A stretch of DNA of 64,000 nt from the human T2T-CHM13v2.0 reference genome, Homo sapiens. The stretch covers positions 10,464,001 through 10,528,000 of the forward strand of contig CP086569.2 in assembly GCA_009914755.4 (NCBI GenBank), read 5' to 3'. The notes beneath the pieces are model-generated. The model saw only the letters and a list, made by a program, of their open reading frames with translations, searched no databases and was not told the DNA's origin. Position 1 is the first letter of the stretch, and every line of letters begins with the position of its first letter. Positions 1 to 13,903 of the stretch are shown piece after piece. Made by a program: the position numbers and the translations under genes.

Positions 1-220
1 AACCTCCACCTCCTGAGTTCAAGAGATTCTCCTGTTTCAGCTTCCTGAGTAACTGGGACTACAGGCAACTACCACCACGCCCGACTAATTTTTTATATTT
101 TTAGTAGAGATGGGGTTTCACCGTGTTAGTCAGGATGGTCTTGATTACCTGACCTCATGATCTGCCCACCTCAGCCTCCCAAAGTGCTGGGATTACAGGC
201 GTGAGCCACCACACCCAGCC
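1..220 (-). mobile_element. Alu SINE, 5' two-thirds, truncated by window start
   Basis: Reverse complement matches Alu consensus (GGCTGGGTGTGGTGGCTCACGCCTGTAATCCCAGCACTTTGGGAGGCTGAGG...). Confidence 0.9.
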
Positions 221-442
221 TTGACTTCTGAATTGATTTCACATCCATCACGGGTGAACAAGGGTCTCTGGTGGTCGTAGTCATTCAGAGCCTCAAACAG
301 ATAGACCCTTATCCCAGAAGATGCTCCCACAGTTCCAGAAACAGAGCAAATAAAACGTAATCAGCCATGAGCCACTTCTTAAATCCCCTGCCCGGAAGGG
401 ATGCACATTTCTTCTGTCACAGCTGTTGCCCAAAATGTCTCA

Positions 443-738
443 GGCTGCCGCGCACAGTGGCTCACATCTGTAATCTCAGCATTTTGGGAGGCAGAGGCAG
501 GCAGATCACCTGAGGTCAGGAGTTCCAGACCAGTCTGACCAACATGGAGAAACCCTATCTCTACTCATAATATGAAAATTTGCCGGTCGTGGTGGCGGGT
601 GCCTGTTAGCCCCAGCTAGTCTGGAAGCTGAGGCAGGAGAATCACTTGGATCCAGGAGGTGGAGATTGCAATGAGTTGAGAACAGGCCACTGCATCCCAG
701 TCTGAGTGAAAGAGTGAGACTTCATCTCAAAAAAAAAA
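443..738 (+). mobile_element. Alu SINE, full length with A-tail
   Basis: GGCTGCCGCGCACAGTGGCTCACATCTGTAATC...GAGACTTCATCTCAAAAAAAAAA. Confidence 0.9.
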
Positions 739-1354
739 GTCTCAGGCTATGTCTGAACTAGGAGGGTAGAAAGATTAGTCATTTTGGTTACCACAAACCA
801 TCAAAACAAAGGTGCAGATCATTGATGTAAAATTACAGTTAGTTCCTTCCGACTCCTTTTCAGCTTCTCTTCATTGCTATGAGCCAGCATCTCCAGTGTC
901 AGTTTTCAGTCTGTTGCCTCCAAGCTCCTAGTGTACCTTTCAATATGTGCACTGTGATAAACTGGGAAACACTGTTCAATATACCTTCTGGAAGTAAACA
1001 TTCTGCAGGCATCTAGGTAGAGGATGGAGAGACTCCAGGAGACAGGAGCTCTCTGGCTGGGCCTTGATCATGTTCAATCCCCAACCTCAGACCTAGGCGT
1101 GGTCCCTCAGCCACCTTATAGCCTTGGCTTGCAACATCTCTACATGGAAACCAAAACGCAGCAGGGCCCATGTGATCTGAAGGTTCCTGAAAAGTTTCCC
1201 AGAACCCCTCTTGTACCCCTTGTGCAACCCGCACACGGTGACTTGTATTCTAGAGGGTCCGCACAGAGCGGCCATTCCTTCTGCCAGAACCTGCACTCAC
1301 GCATTCTGGAGGCTTCCTGCACTACAAAGGCAGCCAGACACCCACCATGCATCC

Positions 1355-1610
1355 CTGCACCAGTGGCCCACGGCTAGCTCCCTCATCTGCACTCCAGCGG
1401 CTCATGGCCAGCTCCCTCACCTGCACCAGTGGCTCTTGGCCGGCTCCCTCCCCTGCACACCAGCGGCTCACGGCCGGCTCCCTCCCCTGCACACCAGTGG
1501 CTCATGGCTCACTCCCTCCCTTGCAAACCAGCAGCTCACGGCCTGCTCCCTCCCCTGCATTCCAGCAGCTCATGACCAGCTCCCTCACCTGCACTCCAGT
1601 GGGTGGCCCA
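1355..1610. repeat. Minisatellite, ~37-bp unit x ~7 (CTGCAC(A)CCAGYGGCTCAYGGCCRGCTCCCTCMC)
   Basis: Tandem imperfect copies read directly; the long P/S/L-rich ORFs 1211-1748 are a consequence of the repeat. Confidence 0.8.
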
Positions 1611-3298
1611 GTGCTTGTGCAAAAGCTGCTGACTAGCTCCAGCCTGCCCAAATCCACAAACGTCTCTTATGTGGTGGTTGAACCACATTTTATGACATCT
1701 GAACACCTTTCAAATCTGTGCTTCCTTGGGTACCTCTCTTTCCAATAGGGCACCAGGCAGAGTTGCTTTATGTCTTACAGTGACTCTTTTATCATAGTTG
1801 CAATCCTTTATACTACACTTCCCCGTTAGACCCACTATGTGGTTTCTATCTCTTGATGGGACCCAGGCTGCTACACAACCTAACCCATGAACATTGCACT
1901 TCATTAATTCCTCACCATTGGCCCAAGATCATGCTCCATCACCTGTCTCTGCCTTCTGACTTTCTTTCCTTAAGTGAAACCCCTAAACGTCCTCTTTGTG
2001 CCCAAAGCTTACCTGCTCTTCCTTCCCTATATTCTTGGCCAGACACAAAAATCTGATGCTCTGGCAAATGCAGAAATGGGGAGAAGGCAGGGGAATCATT
2101 TCTCCTCCCTTAGGTAAGCACTGAGGGTTATGTCATTCCATTGTGTGAGGAATAAAAAAATGAGGCATAGAGAGCTGCCATGATTTGCCTGGACCAATGA
2201 AGCTTTCATGGCAGAGGTGGAACAAATGTTTAGGTGTCCTGAATGTCAGTCCAGCTCATATGTCTTCAGAACGTGCTGTGGAGGGAGACACCGGGGGATC
2301 CCACTCATGCTGAGCACTCAGGGGTACCCAGGTGCTGAGAGTGGGGACGTGACAGGCTGAGTTGACTCAGTCCAGTCCTCCTACACCAAATAATGATGGA
2401 AACCCTCACATAATAGAAGTGAAGAGAGGGAACGAAGCCAGGAACTATTAAGAGGCTGATGCCTAGGAGGCCTGGGCAGAATGACAGGGAGATTAGAGCA
2501 GAACAGAGGCCGTAGATGGGGACAAGGGGAAGGAAGTGGCCTCAGTGGCCAGATGGCACCTGTCCACTGCACAGAGGCTGGAGCCTTGAGTTCCATCTAG
2601 TCCTTGTCAACTACAATCATTCTGCCCTATGGCTCAATGAGTCCTGGAGAAAATGTGTTTTCTGCAGGCTGCGGAGGTGAGAATAAAACAATTCAGCCGT
2701 AAGAAGTTGAAAGTCCCGGAAATCATAGCAGGTGGAGATGGGATTCCTACTTAAACTTCCTGCCCTTGACTTCTGGTTTGGCCATGTGTCTCACTTTGGC
2801 CAATGAATGTGGTAAACTGCCCATTCTGAGCCTGGGTGGTAGGATAAGAGACCTTCACATTTCCCTTTGTTCTTTGTACTCCTGCCATTGCCATGAGAAG
2901 AAGGCACCCTGGCAGGCCCCAACCCGAGGAGGATCAGAGACACTTGGAGCATATCCAGCTCAGCCACCACAGTTTGAGCTTAAACCTCCCAAGCAACTCA
3001 TGCCCATGAGTGAGAAATGGTGGCCTATGGTAGTAGGCCTCTGAGGTGTGGGGTTACTAGTTACAAAGCAAGAGTTAACTAACAGAGATTTCTACCTCAC
3101 ATCCCTATGAATCAAAGGACAAAGGAAATGAAACAAAATGTGAAAAGCAGATTTCCAATTTTTAGAAGAAAACAGAGGACAGATTTTATGACACTAAGCA
3201 GAGAAAAACTTTTTTTAATATGACACAAAACACAGACACCATAAAAGAAACTACTGACAAAAAAGGCGATGAATAAAGTTAAAAGACAAAGACAGTGC

Positions 3299-3653
3299 AT
3301 GATAAGGTTTGGCTGCATGTCCCCACCCAAATCTCATCTTGAATTGTCCTCCCATAATTCTCCTGTGTTGTGGGTGGGACCTGGTGGGAGACAATTGGAA
3401 TCATGGGGGCAGTTCCCCCATACTGTTCTCCTGGTAGTGAATAAGTCTCACGAGTTCTGACGGTTTTATCAGGGGATTCCACTTTTGCATCGTCCTCATT
3501 TTTCTCTGGCCACTGCCATGAAAGAAGTATCTTTCAACTCCCACCATGTTTCTGAGGCCTCTTCAGTCACGTGGAACTGTAAGTCCAATTAAACCTCTTT
3601 TTCTTCCCAGTCTGGGATATGTCTTTATCGGCAGTGTGAAAATGGACTAATAG
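3299..3653 (+). mobile_element. MaLR LTR, THE1/MST family, solo LTR
   Basis: TGATAAGGTTTGGCTGCATGTCCCCACCCAAATCTCATCTTGAATTGT...GGAACTGTAAGTCCAATTAAACCTCTTTTTCTTCCCAGTCT...GGACTAATAGAG matches the THE1 LTR consensus start and end. Confidence 0.75.
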
Positions 3654-3732
3654 AGTGCACCAGTAGGGAAAACATATTTGTAAGGTATTTGGCCAAAAAA
3701 GCCTTGATATCCAGATCATTAAAATCAAAATT

Positions 3733-4022
3733 GGCCAGACGTGGTGGCTCATGCCTGTAATCCCAGCACTTTGGGAAGATGAGATGGGTGGATCACCTGA
3801 GGTCGGGAGTTCGAGACCAGTCTGACCAACATGGAGAAACCCCGTCTCTACTAAAAATACAAAATTAGCTGGGAGTGATGGCACTTACTCATAATCCCAG
3901 CTACTCAGGAGGCTGAGGCAGGAGAATCACTTGAACCCAGGAGGTAGAAGTTGCAGTGAGCCATGATCATGCCATTGAACTCCCACCTAGGCAATAAGTG
4001 CAAAACTCCATCTAAAAAAAAA
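3733..4022 (+). mobile_element. Alu SINE
   Basis: GGCCAGACGTGGTGGCTCATGCCTGTAATCCCAGCACTTTGGGAAG... with A-tail. Confidence 0.9.
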
Positions 4023-7000
4023 TATATCACTTACAAGTCAGCAAGGAGAAACCAAAGACCCAACAGACATATGGGACAGGAGCAATTCACAGAGGAGGAG
4101 ACCCGAAGGGCTGGGAAACACAAGGCACGCATTCAGCTGCCCAGCAGAATCCAGGAACAATATCAGAAAGTGCGATAAAAAATATTGATGAAGATGAGTG
4201 AAGACAGATGAGCGCACTGCTGGCGAGGGGCATAGTGAGGTCTCCAGCCCCAAGGTCATCTGGCTGTGCTTCCTAGGAAGGAAGTGCTGACAACAAACCT
4301 GTCCCAAGACCCCAAGCTTCACCAGGCTATGTGCAGGCCTTGGACCAGAACATCAGCATCACCTTGGGGTGGGGGTTGCAGGGGGGGTCGCCCATCCTCT
4401 GGTCACCAGAAATGCAGAATTCTAGATTCATCTGGAAGATATTGTTGAAGGGAAAAGCAACTTTCAGGAGAGTAAGTATGGACAGCTATTTGTATAAAAT
4501 TGCAAAACCAGGCCAAAGAACACTATCCATTCTTCATGGACATGCACACTAGGTATTAAACATGGATGGGAAGACACACATTGACTTCACAATAGTGGGG
4601 AGGGAGGCGGTAACTGGACTAGAAAAGGGACATATAATTCGAGCGTCAGGATGAACACTATGGCTGAATCCATAGTTTTCTTCCCTTAAACTCTGGAGAA
4701 AAGTCATCCAAAAGCTACCACGTTTGAATTTTAACTGGGAGGTACATGAAATTTTGATATCATTATCCTCTACATAGTCCTGTGTGTTTGTAATATTGAG
4801 GCATATTTTTTAAACACTTGACACAGCATGAAAGGAAGCTTGCCTACACGGTAACAATGGTTATCTTTAGGTAGCAGAATTCAAGACTGCTTCTTTTTCT
4901 TTATTTTTCCTACTTGTATATTATCTCTATTTCCCTGTGTGAGGATTTATGACTGTTGTGATGAAAAGGCTAGTATTCTAACTCCCTGCATCATAAGCAC
5001 ACACCGTGCCCTGGCTGGCATGATGGGGAGGAGAGAGCGTGTCTGTTCACCTGGCCAGCCCTAGGCAACTCTGCAGAGAAAGATACAGGCACTTCCCCTC
5101 TGCAGCCAAAGAGTTAAGAAGCCTTGATGTGAAACAAATCATTCCAGGGGAGATAAATCCCGGCCTTATCTAATTCTGTATCCTGAGGCTGATTAATTTA
5201 AACTCAAAAATAAAATAAACATCATCCTTAAATAGGGATTAAATACTCAGCGGAGTCCTTAATTAAACAAACTGACATACATTTTATGGTATGGATTCAG
5301 GGGGCCCGGGGTGGGATGAGGGATATCTGTGGGGATGCTTGCTGAGCTAAGGAGAGAAAATCGCCAGTGCTCCTGGATTCCGGAGTGCATTCACCTTTAG
5401 CTCCTTGTCTGGATACCCGCAGAAAACCAAAGAGCCATCCTGTGGCAGGATCTTCATACAGGAGGTGGGCTTGTGCCCGTGTCCCTGCGGGAGAAGGGAT
5501 TAGTGGAGGGAGTGGGTGAAGAGTTTGGAGAAAGCCCCTGATGTTCTTAGAAAACAGTAGGAAAGAGATTCCCTTGCCTGGGCATTGTTCCCAAATAGGA
5601 GACAAGAGCATGAACTAAAAACAGAGACTCTCAGCTCCCTCCATGGTCCCTGAGCTCAGAAGGGAACCCAGGGAAGTGGGGCAAGTAAAAAATTGAGTGG
5701 GCTATCTAACATGTGCCTGGAGGGACCCACGAACCTGAGTCAGGCATGAGAGTGGGCAGCTGGTGGATTCTTCCAGACCTGCAGCACAAAGTCAGGCAGA
5801 CGTCCCAAGAGCAAGCCACTTCTGCAGAGGCCTCTACTGCATCCCTGCCTCATGGGCACAATGTCACAGAACAGAATTACATCATGTGGGAGACCATATG
5901 CAGTGTAAGTGTCATAATGGAGCTGGACCCAGAAGATCCCAGACCCAGGTACAGCTATGTCTCTGCTATAGTCAATGTTTGTATGCCCCTAAAATCTGTG
6001 TGTTGAAACCTAACTCCTGATAGGTTAGGATTGAATTAGAAGACAAAGACTTTAGGAAGTGATTTCATCACGAAAGCAAAGACCCCATGAATGGGATAAG
6101 TGGCCTTGTAAAAGGGAGCCAAGGGAGCTTGTTCTCCTTCCACCATGTGAGGACCCATCTAGGAGGTGCCCTCTATAAAGAGCAGGCCCTCAACAGACAC
6201 CCAATCTGCCACTACCTTGACCTCCCATTTGCCAGCATCCAGACCTATGAGGTATAAGTTTCTGTTGCTTATAAGCCCCCTAGGCTAAAGTATTTTGTTA
6301 CAGCAGCCCAAATGGAATAAGAGCCTCTGACCATCTTGAGCAACTCACTTATCTGCTGAACTCTCCACAGATTTAACTGTGATGAAATCCCTCAACAGAT
6401 GTATATTGAACACCTACTGAGTATAAGAACACACTGTGTTGTTGGATAGGATTTAAAGCAAGTCACAGTTCCCCAGGGGAAGGCACTGCCATAGCTGAAG
6501 AGCAAACCCAAGTTGCTGTGGCAAATGGGGGAAAGGGTGGGTGTCAGAGAAGAAGAGAACATGCTAGAGTCCATGTCTGCAGCAATACTGGAACGTCCAA
6601 TAGATGTTTCCCAAAGTGGTGACTTCTCATCCTACAAAAACTCATAGTTGTCCCTGTGTAAAGTCTTCCCAGAAGTGCAGGGCAGCAGAGAATATGCAGA
6701 TCAGAAAAGAGAAGAGGACAGAGAGCACATTCTTGGCATCAGCAGCCACTGACTTCTTGAAGGAAGAAAAGCATTTCTCCTGGATCCCTGGGTAGCAGAT
6801 AAACATACAGAAATAGATTTGTTGGCTATTTGATTCATGGACTCTGAACATTTGCAGACCGGGAGGCTGAGAATCTTCTCCAACCAGATGATGTGGGGCA
6901 TGGAAGTACAGAAAGGGATCAAAGTAGGAGGAAAACAGAGTAATGAGAAGGGAGCTCTCAGCATGACCAACACAGAGACGTGGGTCTCTGCTACCAACGA

Positions 7001-7355
7001 TAAGAGCTAATGTATAATGATTGCAGGTTTGCAAATAGCAGGCTTTCCATATCACATATGGCAAGCTCTGATGACAAGCCTGTGTGACAGGTATTGTTGT
7101 CAGAGGCAGAAAGTTGCTACATAATCACACGCAACTGGTGGAATGCCAGAGAGTTTGGTTTTAATTGGTCTTCTTTCTGTTTGTTTTCTATTTGTCCCAT
7201 CTGTATTTCGTTCTCCTTTTCCTCTTTCTCTGACTTCTTTTGAATTTGTTGAGTATTTTTATTTCATTTAATCTTCTTTGTTGGTCTTTTACATATAACT
7301 ATTTTTGCTTGGTTTGGTTTTGAGTTTTAATCATTGCTCTATGGTTTGTGGTATA

Positions 7356-7736
7356 TCACATGGTTTGGATCTGTGTCCCTACCCAAATCTCATGTGGAAA
7401 TGTAATCCTCAATGCCAAACGTGGGGCCTGGAGGGAGGTGATTGGAGCATAGAGCCAGTTTCTCATGGTTTAACACCATCCCCGCTTGGTACTATATAGC
7501 GAGTGTGTTCTCACAAGATCTGGTTGTTTAACAGTGTGTGGCACCTCTCCCTCACTCTCTTCCTCCTGCTCCAGTCACATAAGATATGCCTGCTTCCCTT
7601 TTGCCTTCCGTCATGATTGTAAGCTCCCTGAAGGCCTCCCAAGAAGCTGAGCAGATGACAGAATCATGCTTCCTGTACAGCCTGCAGAACTGTGAGCCAA
7701 TTAAAGCTCTTTTCTTCATAAATTACCCAGTCTCAT
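7356..7736 (+). mobile_element. MaLR LTR, MST-like, solo LTR
   Basis: CATGGTTTGGATCTGTGTCCCTACCCAAATCTCATGTGGAAATGTAATCC...CAGAACTGTGAGCCAATTAAAGCTCTTTTCTTCATAAATTACCCAGTCTCA. Confidence 0.7.
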
Positions 7737-7738
7737 TT

Positions 7739-8035
7739 TCTTTTTTTGAGACATAGTCTCATCCTGTCGCCCAGGCTGCAGTGCAGTGGTGTGATCTCGG
7801 CTCACTGCAACTTCCGCCTCCCTGGTTCAAGTGATTCTGCTGTCTCAGCCTCCTGAGTAGCTAAGCTGGGAATACAGGCATATGCCACAAAGCCCACCTA
7901 ATTTTTTTTGTATTTTTAGTAGAGACAGGGTTTCACCTTGTTGGCCAGGATGATCTCAATCTCTTGAACTCGTAATCCACCCATCTCAGCCTCCCAAAGT
8001 GCTGGGATTACAGGCGTGAGCCACCATGCCCAGCC
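7739..8035 (-). mobile_element. Alu SINE
   Basis: Poly-T then GAGACATAGTCTCATCCTGTCGCCCAGGCTGCAGTGCAGTGG...GGCGTGAGCCACCATGCCCAGCC. Confidence 0.9.
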
Positions 8036-8074
8036 CCAGTCTCAGATATTTCCTTTTTTTTTAATTTATTTATT

Positions 8075-8936
8075 ATTATTTTTTAAATTATTATTATTTT
8101 GCCTTAAGTTTTAGGGTACATGTGCACAACGTTCAGGTTTGTTATATATGTATACATGTGTCATGCTGGTGTGCTGCACCCATTAACTCGTCATTTAACA
8201 TTAGGTATATTCTTAATGCTATCCCTCCCCCCTCCCTCCACCCCACAACAATCCCTGGTGTGTGATGTTCCCCTTCCTGTATCCATGTCTTCTCATTGTT
8301 CAATTCCCACCTATGAATGAGAACATGTGGTGTTTTGTTTTTTGTCCTTCAATAGTTTGCTGAGAATGATGGTTTCCAGTTTCATCCATGTCTCTACAAA
8401 GGACATGAACTCATCATTTTTTATGGCTGCATAGTATTCCATGGTGTATATGTGCCACATTTTCTTAATCTCATCTATCATTGTTGGACATCTTTGTTGG
8501 TTCCAAGTCTTTGCTATCGTGAATAGTGCAGCAATAAACATATGTGTGCATGTGTCTTTATAGCAGCATTATTTATAATTGTTTGGGTATATACCCAGTA
8601 ATGGGATGGCTGGGTCAAATGGTATTTCTAGTTCTAGATCCCTGAGGGATTGTCACACCGACTTCCACAGTGGTTGAACTAGATTACAGTCCCACCAACA
8701 ATCTAAAAGTGTTCCTGTTTCCCCACATCCTCTCCAGCACCTGTTTTTTCCTCACTTTTTAATGATCACCATTCTAACTGGTGTGAGATGGTATCTCATT
8801 GTGGTTTTGATTTGGATTCCTCTGATGGCCAGTGATGATATTGTGGTTTTGATTTGCATTTCTCTGATGGCCAGTGATTAGGACCATTTTCTCATGTGTT
8901 TTTTGGCTGCATAAATGTCTTCTTTTGAGAAGTGTC
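8075..8936 (-). mobile_element. L1 (L1PA-like) 3' end: ORF2 C-terminus and 3'UTR, 5'-truncated
   Basis: Reverse complement of the L1 3'UTR (TTAGGGTACATGTGCACAACG...) and ORF2 C-terminal peptides in ORF-track entry 8311..8541. There is an internal ~40-bp tandem duplication at about 8795-8880. Confidence 0.85.
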
Positions 8937-9035
8937 AGACATTTCTTTAGAGCAGTGCAAGAACAGAATAATACAGTATATGTATTTAACTTAGCCTTGG
9001 CTGCTATCAACATTATGCCACTTCACAGAAGCAGG

Positions 9036-9111
9036 ATCTGAGGCTCAAGTTATCATCCTGCCTTGGCCTTCCAAAGTGCTGGGATAACAGGCATGTGCCA
9101 CCATGCCTGGC
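9036..9111 (-). mobile_element. Alu fragment
   Basis: CCTTGGCCTTCCAAAGTGCTGGGATAACAGGCATGTGCCACCATGCCTGGCC. Confidence 0.6.
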
Positions 9112-9143
9112 CTTGCATTGTTTCTAACCAGATGTCTGCCACC

Positions 9144-9445
<302 letters not shown>

Positions 9446-10600
9446 TATTTTCATCTCGGTTTCTTTCTGTATAATGTCCTTTTCCCTTTGGTAACATTTC
9501 CGATTTTCTCTTTGTCACTGGTTTGGGGCAATTTGATTATGATGTGCTTCAGTGTGTCATCCTCATGTCTCTTGTGATAGGGGTTCATTGGTTCTTAGAT
9601 CTCTGGGTTTACAGTTTTTCTCAAATTTAAATTTTTTCAGCCACAGTTTTTTCAAATATTTTTTCTTCTACTCCTCCCCACCTTCTTCAGGAACTCCAAT
9701 TACACATATATTAGTCCTGTTGGTGCTGATTTTCTGTTAAATTTTTTCCATTATTTTCTCCATGTTCCATTTTCGATAGTTTCTACTGCTACAACTTCCA
9801 GTTGACTAATCCTTTTTTGTACAATATCTATTCTATTTTAAACACCATTTAGTATATTTTTCATCTCAGACATTTTATTTTTCATCTCTAGAAGTTCCAG
9901 CTGGGTATTCCATGTCTCCACTTCCATGTTCTACCTTACCTTTACCTTCTTCTTGTGGAATGTTATCATTACAATAACTGTTTTAATATCATTGCCTACT
10001 AATTCCATCTTATTTGCCATTTCTGTATCTATTGATCAAGTTTTCTTCTCATTATTGAGACATTTCCTTTTTCTTCACATACCTGGTAATTTTCAGCCAG
10101 ATGGCAGACAACATGAAATTTATCTTATTGTGTGTTGGATATTGTTGGGTTCCTATAAATATTATTGAGCTATGTTCTAAGATGCAGTTAAATTATCTGG
10201 AAAGATTTTGGTTCTTTGAGGGTTTTCTTTGAGGTCTTGTTAAGTAGGACCTTAGCAGCCTCGGCCTAGATCTAATCTTCCACACTACTGAGGCAATTCT
10301 TTTCTGAGTGTTCCATCCAATGGTCTGGGAAGTATAAGGTTTGTCCACTGATGCTGGTCGGAACACCAAATATGCCTGGTTCTGTGGGAGGTTCAAGCAT
10401 TCTTCTTTCTGTTTCCTTCAGGTATTTTCCCTCCCCAGACTTGTAGTTTTCACACATATATGTGCTAATCAGTATTTAGCTGAAGACTCTGGAGGTTTTT
10501 GTTTTGTGACTTTGTCCTTTTCATGCCCTGAATACTCTGCCCTGCAGAGTTTATCTGAGCTTCTTTAGTCTCCCTGGACTCCCAGCTTCATCTCCTCAAT
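9446..10600 (-). mobile_element. Older L1 (L1PB/L1MA-like) 5' region, antisense of ORF1
   Basis: The T-rich plus strand resembles L1 ORF1 antisense (…TTCTTCAGGAACTCCAATTACACATATATTAG…, cf. consensus TTCTGGGACTCCAATGACACGAATGTTAGACC). I did not align it. Confidence 0.45.
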
Positions 10601-12867
10601 TCAGGACCATCACCAGGCTCAGTCTGGGTTGGCCCTCCTTGAGCTGTGGCCTAGAAATGGTTTGACTTCTGGTCACCGCACCTGGGCAGTCCAGAGTCAC
10701 AAGAAACCCTAGGCCATGTGGCAGAATGCCCACTGTCCCCACTTCACCACACTGTACTCTCTCCATCCAGTGCTAGCTTTAGCCACGCTGTCTCACAGTC
10801 CAGAATGCTAGCCAGAGATCAAGCTTTCTGCAGTGCCTTGGCTGGGGCCCACAGATAAGGATGGCCAAGCAGTGCTCCCAGAAGCCAGCAGATGACATCA
10901 ATGAGTTTTACATCCTCCAGGCACTGAGAATCTCTGAACACCAGAAGTGTCCTCTGTTGCCAGAGCTGAACTCTCAAATGAAGACTCCAGAAGGCCCTGA
11001 AATGTGTGCAGCCTCCCATCATTGCCTGTCTGTGGCCAAAAGGACACAGACTCTTTCCATGGCTGGTGAGATATCTAGCACACTGGGGGCACTGGAAAGC
11101 CCCTTTTCAACTTTAGGCCTTAGCTGTGCTCTCCATTGACCTCAGGCCAGACACTGCACATTATGGGGGACACCGCTGGGTGCTGGGATGAGAATGGCAG
11201 TTGGCATGTGAGCTAGGATTGAGAGCCCACCACTCTCTTCCCCAGCCAGGCGGTGGGCAGTTACCATCTCTGGCTTCTGTGACCTTACCAGCCTCCTCTG
11301 CTACAATTGCATTTCTGGCAGGCAGTGGATCAGAGAAGCACTGGCAGTTGAGGACGATGTGGAGAACCACTACTGGCCAAGCATTCCCAACCTGACAGCA
11401 GAACAGAAGTACAGCAGTGCTGAGGTGAACTTGACGGAGAACTTTGAGACCATGAAGGCAACCATCACTTCCAACTCATCACAACCTGCATCTCCCACAG
11501 ATTTATTATAGAAGAACTCAACCATCTCTGTGTCAACAAGAAATGGTCCTCACTCTACACCATCACCCTTGGATTTCGATCATGGGGCTGTTCTGTCTTT
11601 AGTATGGAACTGAAAACTTTAATTTCCACAAAAATGTAAGGTTTTGGGCTACAGCCTTACTAAAACAAACAAATATGAGCATAATGGTCTACAGATGGAA
11701 TATCTGGGGCTCTAGACAAACTGCTACTTGAAAGTATAATCACTCTCTTTTTGTTTGTTTCTTTACCCTGGTAGGACAATGTCAGAAATTTCCTTGGTCA
11801 TACAGAATATAAAACATAGTTTCAACAAAAGCAGAATTAAAGCTACAAACTATTTTTGGTGTATTTGCTTAAGTATAAGATAGCTGATTGGGGCTTTATC
11901 TCATAACGTTAGTTTGCTTAGTTTTCATTAAGTTTGTTAAACTTAAATTGTGAATAAATATATGGCTGATTCATATTGTAATTAACCTGCACATTGACAT
12001 AAGCTGTACATTAAAAGTTGCTGCAGGCTGTCATCCAAAATAAAACTTATGTAAAACCAAAAATTCTATAAACCAATGTCAAGGAATGTAACCTAAAATA
12101 AAAATACAGTTAACATGGAATTGCAAAACTAGAATGGGTGAAATATTTACCCATACAATCTTGTTTGGAACATTGATATAACACTAGAAAAGAATTTTTC
12201 TAAATAACTACAATGTTCAACTCTGACTGTGCATCTGTGAAGACCAGGCATTTTGAATCATTGCTCTGTGGTGTGTGGCAGTACAATTTTACAGAAATGC
12301 ACTACAATAATTAATAAAATTCTCTAATGGGAAGATTTTAATGAATAAGTATTTACACTATAAATATTTATAATATTGGTGCTATTATTTCACAAAATAA
12401 AAAAGCTGTGTTACAGCCTTTAAAAGCAAATAATAGCCTTGCATTTCTAAATAAAGAAAAAATATAAATTTTATGAAATACGGTTAAGAGTAATTGAAAA
12501 AATAAAAATTGGGGCATAAATTATATTATAGTTTGGATAGAGGTTGAAAAAAGTGGACGAAAATTTTAATGAGCCCTTTTTGCCTGCACTAAACTTAATC
12601 TTATAGGTAAATATTATAATACATATAGGGTACCTACTAGCTGTCTAATTTACTTTTTACACAATGTATAAATCCTAGCCTATTGGTCTTAATATTTGAA
12701 CCTAAAATAACACACAAACATACAAGAGAACAAAACAAGGAAGAAGTGTATGGAGACAGTGTCATTATCAAGGTGGTGGAATAGGGGGTCCCTACTTTTG
12801 TATTCCCCTGCAGCAATAAAAACTAGTCATCCATCCATCAACCAAAGTAACTTTATGAAAGATCCAG

Positions 12868-12975
12868 GCAAAGTGGCTCATGATAGTAATCTCCTCCATT
12901 CAGGAGCCTGAGGCGGGAGGACTGCCAGCCCAGGAGTTCAAGAACAGCCTGGGCAATATAGGGAGCTTTGGGATA
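12868..12975 (+). mobile_element. Alu monomer-like fragment (FLAM/FRAM-like)
   Basis: GGCAAAGTGGCTCATGATAGTAATCTCCTCCATTCAGGAGCCTGAGGCGGGAGGACTGCCAGCCCAGGAGTTCAAGAACAGCCTGGGCAAT. Confidence 0.4.
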
Positions 12976-13039
12976 CAGGGCATTATGAAACCTTGCTAAA
13001 ACCCAAAATCGAGGAGAGTCATTTTGAGAAGGCAGGGCC

Positions 13040-13205
13040 TTTGGTTAACAAGGTGTCATATTATCCAAAGCAATCTCTCAGTTAACTCAAATCCCTATCA
13101 AAATCCCTGTCCCACTTTTTATGGTAATAGAAAATGTAAGTCTGCAACGTAGGCCGAATGGCCAAACCAATCATGCGGAATAAGAAAAAAGCTGGGGACA
13201 TCATA
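13040..13205 (+). mobile_element. L1M ORF2 fragment
   Basis: Encodes an ...IPIKIP...KSWGHH... stretch corresponding to the ORF2 '[19 protein letters not shown]' region; the same L1 region recurs at 14425-14590. Confidence 0.5.
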
Positions 13206-13587
13206 CTCGTGACTCACAGGAAACAGTTCAAAAGTCACTGTTTGTAGATAACCTGGGGAAAACCTGCTAGGTACTCAGTGGGAGCCACACTCACCCACAC
13301 ATCTGTCATTAGGCCCAACATATAGCAGAACCTGCCCTAGTACCTGTCCCACAAAACAAAGCCCTGAGGACAATCCAGCCTGCCCCAAAACATGACAGAA
13401 CTCACAACCACACGTGCTCCTGGTAACAAGCCCACTAAAGGTAAAACCCACTTCAGATTCGGCAGCCACCTTGTGATGCAGCTACAAGCCTTTTTACTGC
13501 AAACCCAGTAAAGATCTCATCAGCCTTGAGACCCAACAGATGAAGATCTTTACCTACTAAAATGAGTTTATAAAAATGAACAGAGGT

Positions 13588-13903
13588 GGCTGGGCACGAT
13601 GGCTCACACCTGTAATCCCAGCACTTTGGGGGCCGAGGTGGGTGGATCAGGAGATCAGCAGTTCAAGACCAGCCTGGCCAAGATGGTGAAACACTCTCTT
13701 TACTAAAAATACAAAAATTAGCCGGACATGGTGGTTGGCACCTGTAATCCCAGCTACTCGGCATGCTGAGGGAGAGACTTGCTTGAATCTAGGAGGTGGA
13801 GGTTGCAGTGAGCCAAGATTGTGCCACAGCACTCCAGCCTGGGTGACAGAGCGAGACTCCATCTCAAAAACAAAACAACAACAACAACAAAAAATGAAAC
13901 GAG
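13588..13903 (+). mobile_element. Alu SINE
   Basis: GGCTGGGCACGATGGCTCACACCTGTAATCCCAGCACTTTGGGGGCCGAGG... with an A-rich tail. Confidence 0.9.
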
